A stretch of 64,000 nt of DNA from the human T2T-CHM13v2.0 reference genome, Homo sapiens, in assembly GCF_009914755.1 (NCBI RefSeq), contig NC_060929.1. One strand, 5' to 3'. A program made the translations under genes and the position numbers. Within the stretch, counting starts at the first letter, position 1. Each line of letters begins with the position of its first letter. Positions 52,280 through 64,000 of the stretch are shown here, piece after piece. The notes under the pieces are model-generated. The model searched no databases and was not told the DNA's origin. It saw only the letters and a program-made list of their open reading frames with translations.

Positions 52280-53527
52280 TGATGCTGATCATAATCTTGA
52301 GAACACAATCCTGAACTCCGCAATCTTGAATACTGAAATCGCAAAAATTCAAAATCCCTAAAGTCTAAAATTTCCAATAGCTAAATTCCTGAAAAACACA
52401 ATTTTGAAAGATTAAAATTGCAAATCTTGAAATCTTGCAAATCAAATCCTGGGGAAGGGATTAGTGTATTTTTGGTTGTACACAGGATAGGTGCATCGTG
52501 TTAGTTACATCATATTAGGCAGAACTCTTATCCTGTTATTGTCTTCATTTGGAAATTAATTATGGTTTAAGGAGATGCATATTGGAGCTGACAAGGGGCA
52601 GACATGTGGGCTTAATTTTAGGTGTACACTTGACTGGATTAAGGAATATCTAAAACCTGGTAAAACATTATTTTTGGTGTGTCTGTGAGTGTGTTTCCAG
52701 AGGAGTGTGTAACCTAAGTGGATTAGGCGGGGAAGATCTGCCCTCAGTGGTGGCAGGCACCCTTCAATCAGCAGAGGGCACAGGAAGAACAAATACAGAA
52801 GTCAAATTGGTCTCTCTGGCAGCTGGCTGGCTTTTCTTCTACTGCACTGGACATCAGAAATATTCCAAAAAGTGTAGTTTCACAATGTTCACTTTCTGCA
52901 TAAGCATCGTGTGTGTACATGAAAACATGGAAACTTCCTTAATAAATGTAGAGATGTCTTTTTGTATATCTTCGTTGGTGAAATGGAACATTTCTTGAGA
53001 TCTCAGTTCTGTGAGCAATTGCAAGTGTGGTGATGACCCATTGCAGTCCTTGATCAATTTCGTCAAAAGATTTAGGTTGTCCATCATGTATTTCAGATGA
53101 TTGCAGTAGTAAAGCTTAGTGCACACAATTACCAACCATAGTTATATACATTTGTAAATTTTACTTTTTGACTTATTACTTTATGAGTACAGTTCATTTG
53201 CACATCTTTGTTGTAACCATGAAACTGCCATTAGTACACCTGAGTGTTTATGCTTGCGAAAATGTGTATGTTATTATTGAATATTTTATTGTGTAGAGTG
53301 GACTATGTGTGTTCTTTGCATTTTTATGTTTCTCAAAACATATAGACATTATTTTATGTTTCTCAAATAAAAGAAACATTGCCCTTTTAAAATGTGAATA
53401 AATGTCTTTTAAATTTTCTTTTTATTATTTTTTCCAGAATATGTTTTTGGGTTTTTGATCTTCTGAGATTTCAACATTTGGGATTATGGTGTTTGGGATT
53501 GTGTCTTTCAGGGTTATAGCCAAACCC
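52280..53527 (+). mobile_element. Ricksha (MuDR/Mutator-family DNA transposon) carrying an ERV-L 3' end and MLT2 LTR fragment
   Basis: Long imperfect TIRs ('gatcataatcttgagaacacaatcc...tgaaatc...' and '...gatttcaacatttgggattatggtgtttgggattgtgtc...ttatagccaaaccc'), internal MLT2-like sequence at about 52605-52860, and a degenerate 9-bp TSD atgccttcg/atttcttct. Confidence 0.8.
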
Positions 53528-53606
53528 ATTTCTTCTCTGCCTCTGAACATCTGCAAACCCACTATTCTAGTCCTCACTTTTAAGGGTACAGGCTCAGAGG
53601 ACTAAA

Positions 53607-53791
53607 CTGAGGTTCTCAAGCTTTTATGTGCATCAGACTCACCTGGAAAACTTGTTAAAACACAGCTTGCAAGGCCAACCCCAGAATTTCTGATTTGGGA
53701 GGTCTGGTGTGAGGACAAGAATTTGCATTTCTACCAAGTTCCAGGTGATGCTGATGCTGCTGGTCCAGGGACCACCTTTTGAGAATCACTG
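53607..53791 (-). mobile_element. MER5A
   Basis: 'gaggttctcaagc...tgcatcagactcacctgg...aatttgcatttctaccaagttccaggtgatgctgatgctgctggtcc...tttgagaatcactg'. Confidence 0.9.
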
Positions 53792-55189
53792 AGCTAAATG
53801 TTTCTTTCTCTTTTCAGCAACATTTCACTCCTGTGGTTCCTGACTGTTGTTGGCAGTTTTCCCACAATTTTCCAAAACTGGTCTTCATCCAGTGTCTCCT
53901 CTCATAGTAGACATCACATTCATCCAGAAAATAAGGCATTCTCCTATATGCCTTCTTCTCTCTTCCTCCACGTTCCTTCTGTCTTCAGGCATTGTCTCAC
54001 TGGTCCCTGGCCCAGTCTGTCAATCAGCTGACATCACTGCCCCCACTTGCTTTGAATCATGCCTCCTCCCTTAATGTCTATGTGTCCTTGCATAGGTTGG
54101 TTACCAGAGTAGATATACAAAGAATGAATGAGTCTCCCCATCTTTCCGACCTCAAGAACTTGATTAGTGGTATCCTGACTGGAACAATGGAATATGGCCT
54201 TTTGTCTGCAAACAGAAACAATTATAGCAGGTTTTCTCACTAGGGTCATGTTTGCCTATTTTATGTTAATAAGAGCTGTTGTATTGACTTAGCTGTCTTT
54301 ATTCTAGTCACTTCTGCTTCACAATAAGAGGCTATCTGTGCTTGCGTTCCAGGGGGTGAGTTACTGTCTTATATTGTCTGACAGGGCTGTCCCTTGAGGA
54401 ATATCTTTCCCCAATGCCAGTTCTTGTAGAGGGGCCAGGAGGTCAGAACTTAAGCTAACAAATGATTATCTTTCTCAGCAGAATTACCAGAGGACCTCAG
54501 ACTCCTGGGTTCCTCCTTAAGGGACTCAGGTTCACATCTTTGGCCCAGAACACACTGTAACCTCTGAGTTCAGGCTTTAGATGAGGCACCTCTCAATTCC
54601 TATGGGACCTCAACCCAGTCTCAAATACTTGGTCAAAAGGTGAGTTGAAACTTAAAACAGTACCAGCCCCTGGACAGTATAAGTTGGTCTCATCACATCG
54701 AAGTATTCATGATGAGCATCATAAAATCTTCTGAGAGTTGGTTTTGATGAACAGATAAGGAAGAATACCAACACCCTAAAAGTTGAGGGCAATTCAAGTC
54801 CAGATGAGAAGAAACGTGCAGGATTGCAGACTTGGAATCCCAAAGAGGCACTTAGTAATGGTTATAAACTCTGAGGGTTATTCGTAACTGATGCCTGGCC
54901 TTGGGGTAAATGGATATCCTGAGGCTTTGGGCAGAACAGTTGCAAACTCCCCAACCTTTTGCTTTTCTTGGAGGTGATGTTTGTATGAAAAGAGCAGTTT
55001 TCTGGAATTCACACAATAAAATGAGCCCTCTCATTTCAGGCCCTCTGCTGGGTAATCTTGGGCAATATGCTTCCCCTCTCTGAGCCTTATTACCCTGTTC
55101 CCTCATTTTCGAAGCAGATTCTAACCTCTGATCTGCTTCTGTGGTGGCCTCACTGGGATATTCTGAAGCTCAAGTGCTGCTGCTGCTAA

Positions 55190-55460
55190 TAATAATAATA
55201 CCAATTACTATAGCAACAGCAACAACTCTAACTGTGAGCACTTGTGCTGTGCCCAGCTCTGCGGATGGTCTCATGTGTTCCATCAGCCCATTCTTACAGA
55301 AGTTCTGGTAGGTAGTTACTATCATTATACCCATCCCATAGGCAAAAAAACTCAGCCACAGAAAGGTTAAATAGCTTGTCTCAGGTCACATAGCTAATAG
55401 TGGTAGAGTCTGTACTGGAACCCAGCACTGTCCTGCATTTAACTGCTATGGTACACTGCT
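55190..55460 (-). mobile_element. MIR SINE
   Basis: 'ggtagttactatcattatacccat...agaaaggttaaatagcttgtctcaggtcacatagctaatagtggtagag'. Confidence 0.75.
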
Positions 55461-55999
55461 CTGTAGATGTTAAAATTACTTTTGGTGAACTTTAAGTAAC
55501 TATCAATGGAAGATGATTTCTTTGCCATGCGACAGTTTGCTCTCCAAGCTTTAAGCGGATCACCAAGGAGTCTAACTCCTCTGGCCCTGACTGCCTCCAT
55601 CTTGGTTTCTTGCCCTGCATGGGTTCATCTTTTCTTTGTTTCCCCTCTCTGGCATTATGAAAATGAGAAGCAGCTGTGAGCCCTGCAGATTGCAAATGGG
55701 ATTGTGAGTGTTGCTATCTCTCTAACAACTAATTCATTACCCAGTGGCAGATAGTTTCCGCTGTGCTGTTACAATCTATTTGACTTCCAGGTGCCACATG
55801 GAATAAAAAACAATTTGTTCAACAGTTGGGCCTGGGTGTTTGCATTCAGACAGGCATGCTTTACCTCCCTATGTCCTTGAGGGCTGCCCTCTCTGGTAAG
55901 GAGCCTTCTTTCTGGGCAGGAAAAGCTCACTGCACAGGTGATAGACACTGAAGGATATGTCTGGACTTGGAAGTAACTTGATCTAACCAGCCATACCTT

Positions 56000-56480
56000 T
56001 CAGAAAATATTCCAAAAATAGTTACTGAACACCTATGATGTGCCAGTTACTGTGCCAGGAGCTGGCTATGCAGTGACAGTAAGATAGACGCAAGCTCTGC
56101 TCTTAAAATAAGCACATCTGCAGATAACTAATAGCAGTAACTTCAGATAATAATAAAGGTCAGGGGGAAAATAAGACTGGGTGATGTGACAGAGAGCTGT
56201 TGGTCTGGACAGGGACAGAGAGGGATGGTTGAAGAAGAGATACATGAGCTAAGATGAGAATGGTAAGTGAGAGTTGGCTGTGGGATAATAGTGGGGAAAA
56301 ATATTCTAGGCAGAGGGAACTTCAAGTACAAAAGTTTTTAGGTGGGTACAAGTTGAGATGGTTCAAGTAATAGAAAGGAAGCCCACATGGGGGTTGGGAG
56401 GTGGTGAGCCCTAGAGGTAGAGTGCTAGGAGAGGTGGTTGTAGGGTCAGTCAGGGACAAATGATGCAGGGCCTTCTAGAC
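56000..56480 (-). mobile_element. L2 fragment
   Basis: 'tactgaacacctatgatgtgccagttactgtgccagg...ctaggcagagggaacttcaagtacaaaag'. Confidence 0.7.
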
Positions 56481-59400
56481 CATGGGCCTTCCTGGGGATC
56501 TTCTCTTTGAGCCCTCTAGGGGCCCAGCCAACCAAGGCAGGAACTGCCTTCTGTGTATTCATCATATCTCTGAAGTCCAACCCCAAACCTCTCCAAGGCC
56601 AAGTCTGTGTCTTTTTCTTTCTAAATATCCTCACCCAAATCTTACACAGTTCTTGACACATAGCAGATTCTCAGGATAGCCTGATGACTTCAAGGTATAA
56701 GTTAAGGAAGATATTGCAGACCACAGATATATTTTATTTATAACCAAGGAAGAGCTTATATTTAGCAAAAGTCTGCACTTCCTCAGTAGGTACTAAGCTC
56801 CCTGTTACTAGAGGTACATAAGCAGAAGATGGAAGATCAGTTGGTGGGAATGTATTGAATAGAGGTAGTAGTCATGGTGTTTTGCAATAGAGATAGCAGT
56901 AGTGGTCACAATGATAAAAATAGTAATATTCCTATGTATTAAACAGTCAATATATGCCAGACCCTAGATGTATATTATCTCATTTAAGCTTCCTAAAACA
57001 ACCTCATAAGGAAATACCATTATTATTTCCACTTCCAGTCACAGAGACTGAAACCTCTCACATTTAAGGACTGTGCACCTGGGGTCAGGTAGTGAGTAAG
57101 TGGTAGGGTCCACTTGAAAACCCATACTTCCAGTCCATACTTGAAAACCCTCTTTAGGGAAACTTAATGATTGGAGTCCATATTTTGACTTCATGTATCT
57201 TGGCTTTTTATTTCTATCCAGAGCTTTATTGCAGGGTGTAGGGGGTGTCACTCTTTTACAGCCTTTACAGCCCTTTTACATATATTAGGTAATAATATAG
57301 AATTGAATTCTAAAATAGCTGAAAGTATGTTTTTTCCTCCAGCAAAATCATTCCCCAAAGATCATCCCCAAACTGATGAGTATCTTGTTCCTGTGAGCAT
57401 TACTGTACTGATCTTTCTCCCGTCATGTAGTACTTTGTTATTTGAGTCATTTCAGCTCTTCAAGGTACTCAAGAGTAGGTGCTGTTGCCTTACACTGTTT
57501 AAGCATTCTCATAGACCTCTGAATTTCTTCAGACCTCACACTCACTCCTTGTTGTGATTTAATATCTGTCTTCCCAACAGGGACTCAAGCTATATCCCCA
57601 GTACCTAGCAAATGGCAAGTGGCAGACACCCAATAGACAGGCTGAATGAATGAATGCTAAGTTCTGTCTATCATCTTCATACCATGGCTGCTCCCATTTA
57701 GTTGGAACGTGTGCTCTTCAGTTTCCACAAACCCCACAGCAGTGTCTTGGACTCCTCAACATTGAGGATGTCATGTATGTGTCATTTATTATTATCCTTG
57801 CTTTTGTGACACCCACCAGGCTCACTGGATCACATTGTCACCCTAGCCCCTGTGGGCATCTGGATTTGGGAACCTTAACCTGAGGATCTTGGTAAAGCCT
57901 CCTGGTGTTTCCGGTTTGGGAAGTAGGCTGTAGAGTCAATACCTGCGGTCAAACATCAGCCCTACATCCTCACTAATTGTGTGACCTTGAGCAAGCCCCT
58001 TTACTTCATCTAGCTAATAAAAAATAAATAAATAAATAAAACAGTCACCTCTGCATAGGTATATGGCAAGGACTGAGTCAAGAAATTTTTAAGAACACTT
58101 AGCCCAGGACCTAGAAGATTCTAGTAAGGGTTTAGTAAATGTTAATTATGGTTGTTAGTAACATCATCAAATTTTTAAAATATTATCACACTGACTTTTT
58201 GTGAATCTAGACTTGCTAGCTCTGGTGTGCATCCAATGATACAAACCCCCATATTCAACATTCCTCTTTGAAAGATTTCACAGAATGTTGTCTGAGCTGA
58301 CCTTAAAGATACCTTGCAGCTCCAAAGTTCTGTGACTTTCACCAGGAGTCTCAAGGCAAATGCACAGAAGGGTCAGGCAAGTATCGTGAATGGAGGCTGG
58401 ACCAGGGAGCCCATGCATTCTTCCAAAGGCATTTCAATTCAGTCTTGTTAAAGTACTGAGTTGCACAAAAGAAACGTCACTGTTGGCCAGCCTCGGTTCT
58501 TCGGCTAGCTCCTTCAACCCAAGTGTATCATCTAGGATGGAGGAGGCTTCTGAGGGACTGAGGGAGGACAAATCTTGGAAAGAGAGGTACAAGGAAGAGA
58601 TGGGATTTGGATAAGGCAAGGAAGAGCCAGGAGGCTTTGGATGAACTGACCTCTAGATACATTCATTTTTATGCCAAAAGTCCATTTCCCACTCTTTAAA
58701 CCCCTTCACCTCTTCTCAAGAAACTTGTGTCTCAGCTTCAGAGAGCCATGGCCTCATTTAAAATGTTGTGAAAGAAGGTGATGGAAGCATCAGGTTCCTA
58801 GGCTGGTGAATTTTTATTTTTATTTCTCCATTGACACAGTTTAACCTTTGCTTTTGGCAGCTAGCATATTGCTCAAATAAAGTGAAGAGAAGGGTGTGGG
58901 GGAGAAGGCAAGAGATATTTGGCTAGAAGGTTATGAGAATCACAATAGCTGTCATATGAGTGCCGAGCATTCTTCTAAGCACATCCCATGCATAATCTCA
59001 TTTAATGTTCACAATAGTCCTCTGAAGTCTAATGTCTATTTAGAAAAGGGAAGCTTATCTGAGGTTTAGCATAGAATAACTCACCCATGGTCACCTATGT
59101 GAAAAAAGTTCAGAGCTAAGAATGGAATTGAAATCTGTCAAACTCCAGAGTGTAGAGACTGACCAAGTAGACCCCCCACTTCCAGGCCAATGCATTTCGG
59201 CACTTGATTTGTGGCAAGGAGTCCTCTCAGGGTTTTGGGGCTATGCTGGTGCTTGCTATGCTGCCTCGGAAATGTCACCTAACCTAGAAATAGTGTTTAT
59301 TCTGTTACAAAGCAAGTTGGAAGAAAAGAAAACACTCCTTTTTTCTTTTTTCTGTGCCTCCTCTCCTTACTTTCCCCTGAAACTTAAGTTCCAAGGAGTG

Positions 59401-60066
59401 CAATTAGCAGGTCAGCTTGTCTTGCTGAACAGTCAGGTTACTTTCCCTCAGTATTTGATGCCAAGTGAATGTTGAGCTGAAAGGCTGGCTGATAAATGCC
59501 CCTCTGGGGAGAAGGAACTGTGAAATAGCCTGGATCTATTGGCAGATACTAGGGCCAAAAAGTCCTTAGAAACTCAACCTGAAAAAAATGTCTAGGGAAA
59601 GCAAAACGGCCAACTAAGGTAGTAAACACTTCAGAAAACCTTGATAATAGCAATTTGGAAAATCTTGCATGTACAGTTTCATTTCATAAACCCCTCCAGT
59701 CATGGGATGGATACAGATGTCTTGCCTGAAAATGTAACTGGTAAATTTACAGATAATAATGTATTGGTAGTTGCTCACAGAAAGACAGTATCACGTTGTG
59801 GAGTAAGTGCTTGACTGAGACTAAAAGGTCTTGGTATGAGCCTCAGGGTCATCATTACCAGCTGTGTGACCCTGAAGAAGTCAGGCATTTTCTTGGCCAT
59901 CTATGAAGTTGGATTTTAACTCCCCAACCCTAATCCACCAGCCATTCTTAATCAAGGAGTCAGATAAATGTCTGGCCCCTGTGGGATTCATATCACTGTC
60001 TTCAGAGAAAAGGGCATATTTGAAAAAGTGTATTCTACACGGTAACCTTCTAGAGAGGCACAGGCC

Positions 60067-60382
60067 TTTTTTTGTTTTGTTTTGTTTTGTTTTGTTTTAT
60101 TTTTGAGGTGGAGTCTCTGTTGCCCAGGCTGGAGTGCAGTGGCACAATCTTGGTTCATTATAACTTTTACCTCCTGGGTTCAAGCAATTCTCCTGCCACA
60201 GCCTCCTGAGTAGCTCGGATTACAGGCATGCATCACCATGCCTGGCAAAGTTCTGTATCTTTAGTAGAGACAGGGCTTCCCCATGTTGGCCAGGCTGGTC
60301 TTGAACTCCTGACCTCAAGCGATCTGCCCGTCTCGGCCTCCCAAAATGCTGGGATTGCAGGCATGAGCCACCGCACCCAGCC
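60067..60382 (-). mobile_element. Alu (AluS), the only antisense Alu in the window
   Basis: (TTTTG)n tail, then 'gaggtggagtctc...cccaggctggagtgcagtgg...gagccaccgcacccagcc'. TSD core cacaggcc (60059-60066 and 60386-60393). Confidence 0.95.
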
Positions 60383-60799
60383 CAACACAGGCCATTTTTA
60401 ATGGGTTGTTAGGATAAGGTGGGTAAATAGATGTGAACGTGCCATGTAAATTTAGAATGTCAAACACGTACAGACTAATGCTATTTACCCACCATCCACC
60501 ACCATTGTTTATCCAGTTGTTTATTCAATTGCAAATGGCTTCTTAGCCTGTTGGAGAAATGATCTGAGGTGGTCAGAGGTATGGCCCATATCTGTCAAAT
60601 AAAGCAACCTCCTGGCACATATGATAGGCCAAAACCCTATCACTTGGGATTTGTGAACAACATTCTCCAGTCAGCTGAACAAGCAGGTGCTAGAAAAGAG
60701 TGTAAATAATTCAACTTGTTTCAGGACATGTGTTTAGGTGAGTAACGTGAATGTGAACAGTTTTTATCTTTTATTTCTTGGTCTCAAGTTGGCACTATT

Positions 60800-61760
60800 A
60801 GGCATCCATTCCTAACATAAAATAGTGTCTATGAATGGCAGCTGGTCATTAGATGTACATATCCAAATCCAAGATCAGTACAATTTTCACCTCCACCTTG
60901 TCTTACCTCTTGCACTCCCTAACTCAGTGGCAGTGCCACAATCCACCTAATCACCCAGAAAGAGACCAAGAGACTTTTGATTCTTTTTCCCTTATCCATG
61001 TCTTTGATCTGCCACCAAGTTCTGGAGCTGTTACCTCTACTGTCTCCCTCTAATCTGTCACGCTGTCAATGGTGGCAGGAAATACCGACAGCAGCTCCTA
61101 ACTGGCTTCTGCCACCACTGCTTACCCACTGCCAAATCCATCCCAATTCTTGCTGTCAGAATCGTCCTTTTAAAACAAATCATCTACTGTGGCACTCCTT
61201 GTTCCACACCTGGGGAAATCCAGCCTCCGTAGTGTGATATTGAAGGCTCAGCAGACTCTGACCCTGTCCCATCTCAATTGTCCTTCCACACCCCTCCCCT
61301 AAATTATGCCACAAATTCTTGTCTGTGTTCTAAACAATAGCCAGATTTCCCTCATTTCCCTCCTGTTTCTGCCCTCTGACCAAACTCAATTTGCCAGCAA
61401 TGCTCTCTGTTTTTTTCTTTCTTCATCCCTGTCTCCTCTCAAGACTTTTAATCGTCCCTCAGGGCCAAGTTTAGATCTAATCCCTACCAATAAGCTTTCC
61501 TCAATCTCCCACCCCTACCTCCACAAGAATTAGCCTTCCCCCATTATATCCCTTATCATTCTGCCGTACATTAGCAAGATTTGTATGCATGACTGTTAGA
61601 CTGACAGCTCCTTTGGGGGAAAGGGCCTTCTTGTGCTCATCTGTCCATCTCCTTTCTCTCTTCTTCCTCTTGCCTCCTCCCTCCTAACCTCCTCCAGCCC
61701 AGCATCTAAGTGCAGTACATTTCACATAAGAGACACCCCAGCAAACTGTGTTGAATAGAA
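60800..61760 (+). mobile_element. Degenerate L2
   Basis: Pyrimidine-rich L2 body ending 'ttagactgacagctcc...cccagcatctaagtgcagtac...tgttgaataga'. Confidence 0.6.
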
Positions 61761-64000
61761 TCCATTAATTTGCATTCCATTTCTTTGGAAATAGCTTTTG
61801 GAATCCATTGGGCAGATAGTGAAAATTTCAACTAACATGATGGTGGAGAAAAACCTTAACTTTTGTGCTCATGTTAAATTTAGAAACATTTTGTTTCATT
61901 CTATCACCTCTGCTAACCTCTTAACTAACTTGAGGTTATGGAGAAAGGGCAGAAGACTTATTTTTCTACTTCTTTAATATTTCCGGTCAATTCTCTCTTC
62001 TCCATCAGTATTGCCAGTGCCTTCGTTGAGACAGGTCATCTTTGTGGTTAAAGTTTGAAGTCCCTGAGATAAGACTATCTGGGTTTTAATACTAGTTATG
62101 CTAACAGACAGACCTTGGGTGAGTTAGTTACTCTTTCTGGGCCTCAGTTTCCTCAACCATAAAATGAAAATATTAATGCTACCCATTTAGTAGAGAGAGA
62201 TTCCACAGGCCTAGTTGGTGGCCAGGGAACCCTGGGATAATAAAAGCAATCGGACATCTTGGGAACCAGGTAATCTCCTAACATTCCAAAGATACCTGCT
62301 GTCCCCTCTCAACGCCATACAGTGTGTGCCAGTAGATTATAAACTGCATAAGGAAAGAGATGATGTCTGCTCTCCTCCATATCCCTGGCTCCTGACACAT
62401 AAGAGGATCATAAACGCACTTTGCAAAGCAAATGCCAGCTCTGGAATTCTGCAGCAGCCTGGAGACCAGACCCTGCACATCAAGGCCCAGTGGAAAACTA
62501 ATGATTTCTCCCCCGCAGACCTGCCTAGCGAAGGGCCCCGTGGAGCTTGGCTGGCGAGAGCATTCTTCATTCTCCGCATGTCCCTGGCTCTCCCTCTCTC
62601 TCCCCACCTCCGCAGCCTCCCAGTCAAGCTATTGTGCATCTCCTGCTCTCTGTGTCTCGCTGCCTGGGTCCCTTTCTGCGCTGCTGCCTAAGCATTGTCT
62701 GTGATGTCTTTAGTGTGAAAGGTGATTCACAGAAATAAATTGCATTGTGTTTTAGGTCCATAGCAATCTACCTCTGTAATCATGTCTGTAAGGGACTTCA
62801 TAATAGTGTGAGGGCCTTGGTGTCAGAACCAGGGTCTCCAGTGGCTTCAAGACAGATAAGTGCTGCAACCAAATGCACATTCAGCCAGTGAAGTTGCAAG
62901 TTAGAGGTGAAGATGGAGGTGCTGCTGCTATGAAGCAACCATACTCTCAGCCCTTTTATCCGCAGGTTGATAAAAATCAATCAAAACATGAGATGTGGTT
63001 TTTTGTTTGTTTTTAATAACCACTGGAAAACTAAGACTTGTTTAATAGAGTCTCAGCCAACAGCTTGTGCTCTTACCAGCCCTGTGATTAGACGAAAGGG
63101 AAAGTTCAAAGTGTCACCTAGAAGGGGGAGGCACCAAAGAAGAAGAGGCAGGGAGGTGATACAGTGAAAGGCAAGGAGGAGCTGGGCTGGAATCTGAGAA
63201 ACCTGAGACTGATTTGTTCTAATCATCATCCTATGTGATGGTGGAAGATAAGAACCACAGATTCTGGAAGGAAATTGATGGCATAGACTCAACAACAGTG
63301 GGATGAATATTTATACACAATAAAAGGGGGGCAAGCTGGTTCTCCCAAAATATTTAGAAATGATGGGAAGTAGGGGGAATTGTGCTCCCTTGATCACATT
63401 ATTCAGAAGTGACTGCATTCTTATGGCATTTTTAACAGTTTATTGAGATATAATTTATATGCCATAGAGTTTACTTATTTAAAGTGTATATCTCATGACA
63501 TTTTAAGGTGATATATTGTTAAGTCTATGACAAAAAGATTTAAAGGAAGCAATGTGAAACAAAGACCACAAGATGAGTAGAGAGGCTGTCAAAGGTGGAG
63601 GGGTGTTTTTTTAATGTGTCTGCTTCCCCAGCAACTGGTAGATCTGCCCTCATCCCACCTCCCACCACCCAAGGTCTGGCTATGCCTGCAGGTTCACTAC
63701 ATGAAGTAAGAATAGGTGGCTCTTAGTCAGCTCACAGGACACTCACACAGCTAAATGCTAGGAATCCCTCTGGGAGGTCTACTGCAATCTTGGAGGTTTA
63801 GAATTTGTTCCGCTTGAACTTTCAGATTATGAGTCCCACTGCACAGCCACCCACCCACCCTTTTTGTGTGACACTTGCGTTAGCACAACATGTCCCTATT
63901 TCTCCCTCTAATTAGGTCTTTACCAATTGATTTAGAGGCCATGTTCAGTTTCCATAAGCAATCAGGTACATCCTACAGGTGCGTTCATATGGTATCATTT

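Noticed and set aside
52295-52450. Array of short 'aaatc' repeats superficially resembling a spacer array
   Set aside because: These are irregular subterminal repeats of the Ricksha transposon. There is no constant repeat-spacer periodicity, and the DNA is eukaryotic, so it is not CRISPR.
62215-62691. 158-aa ORF
   Set aside because: Starts at TTG, has no recognisable domain, and is explained by local GC content.

Overview
Primate, very probably human, genomic DNA containing the 5' end of GRIA1 (AMPA receptor subunit GluA1) on the + strand. About 15.6 kb of repeat-rich upstream DNA is followed by a purine-rich, apparently TATA-less promoter/5'UTR, coding exon 1 (16050-16131, [27 protein letters not shown]), an alternative first coding exon (17360-17471, MCCSTHLF...HPEV-W), coding exon 2 (19089-19226) and the first ~45 kb of intron 2. 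No further GRIA1 exon is recognisable. The remainder is typical mammalian interspersed repeats: L1, L2, MIR, six Alus, MaLR and ERV1 LTRs, MER20/MER5/MER3 hAT elements and a Ricksha Mutator element. Almost all ORFs in the supplied track are chance ORFs. I found no convincing undescribed biological system. The best leads are regulatory: three upstream AUGs (two overlapping the CDS), a candidate poison exon in intron 1, an N-terminus lacking a clear signal peptide, and microsatellite-flanked cryptic-exon candidates in intron 2 (UG/TDP-43, CU/PTBP, CA/hnRNP L). There are also transposon curiosities, including an ERV-L-carrying Mutator element and a twin-primed old L1. Repeat boundaries and subfamily names were read by eye and are approximate.
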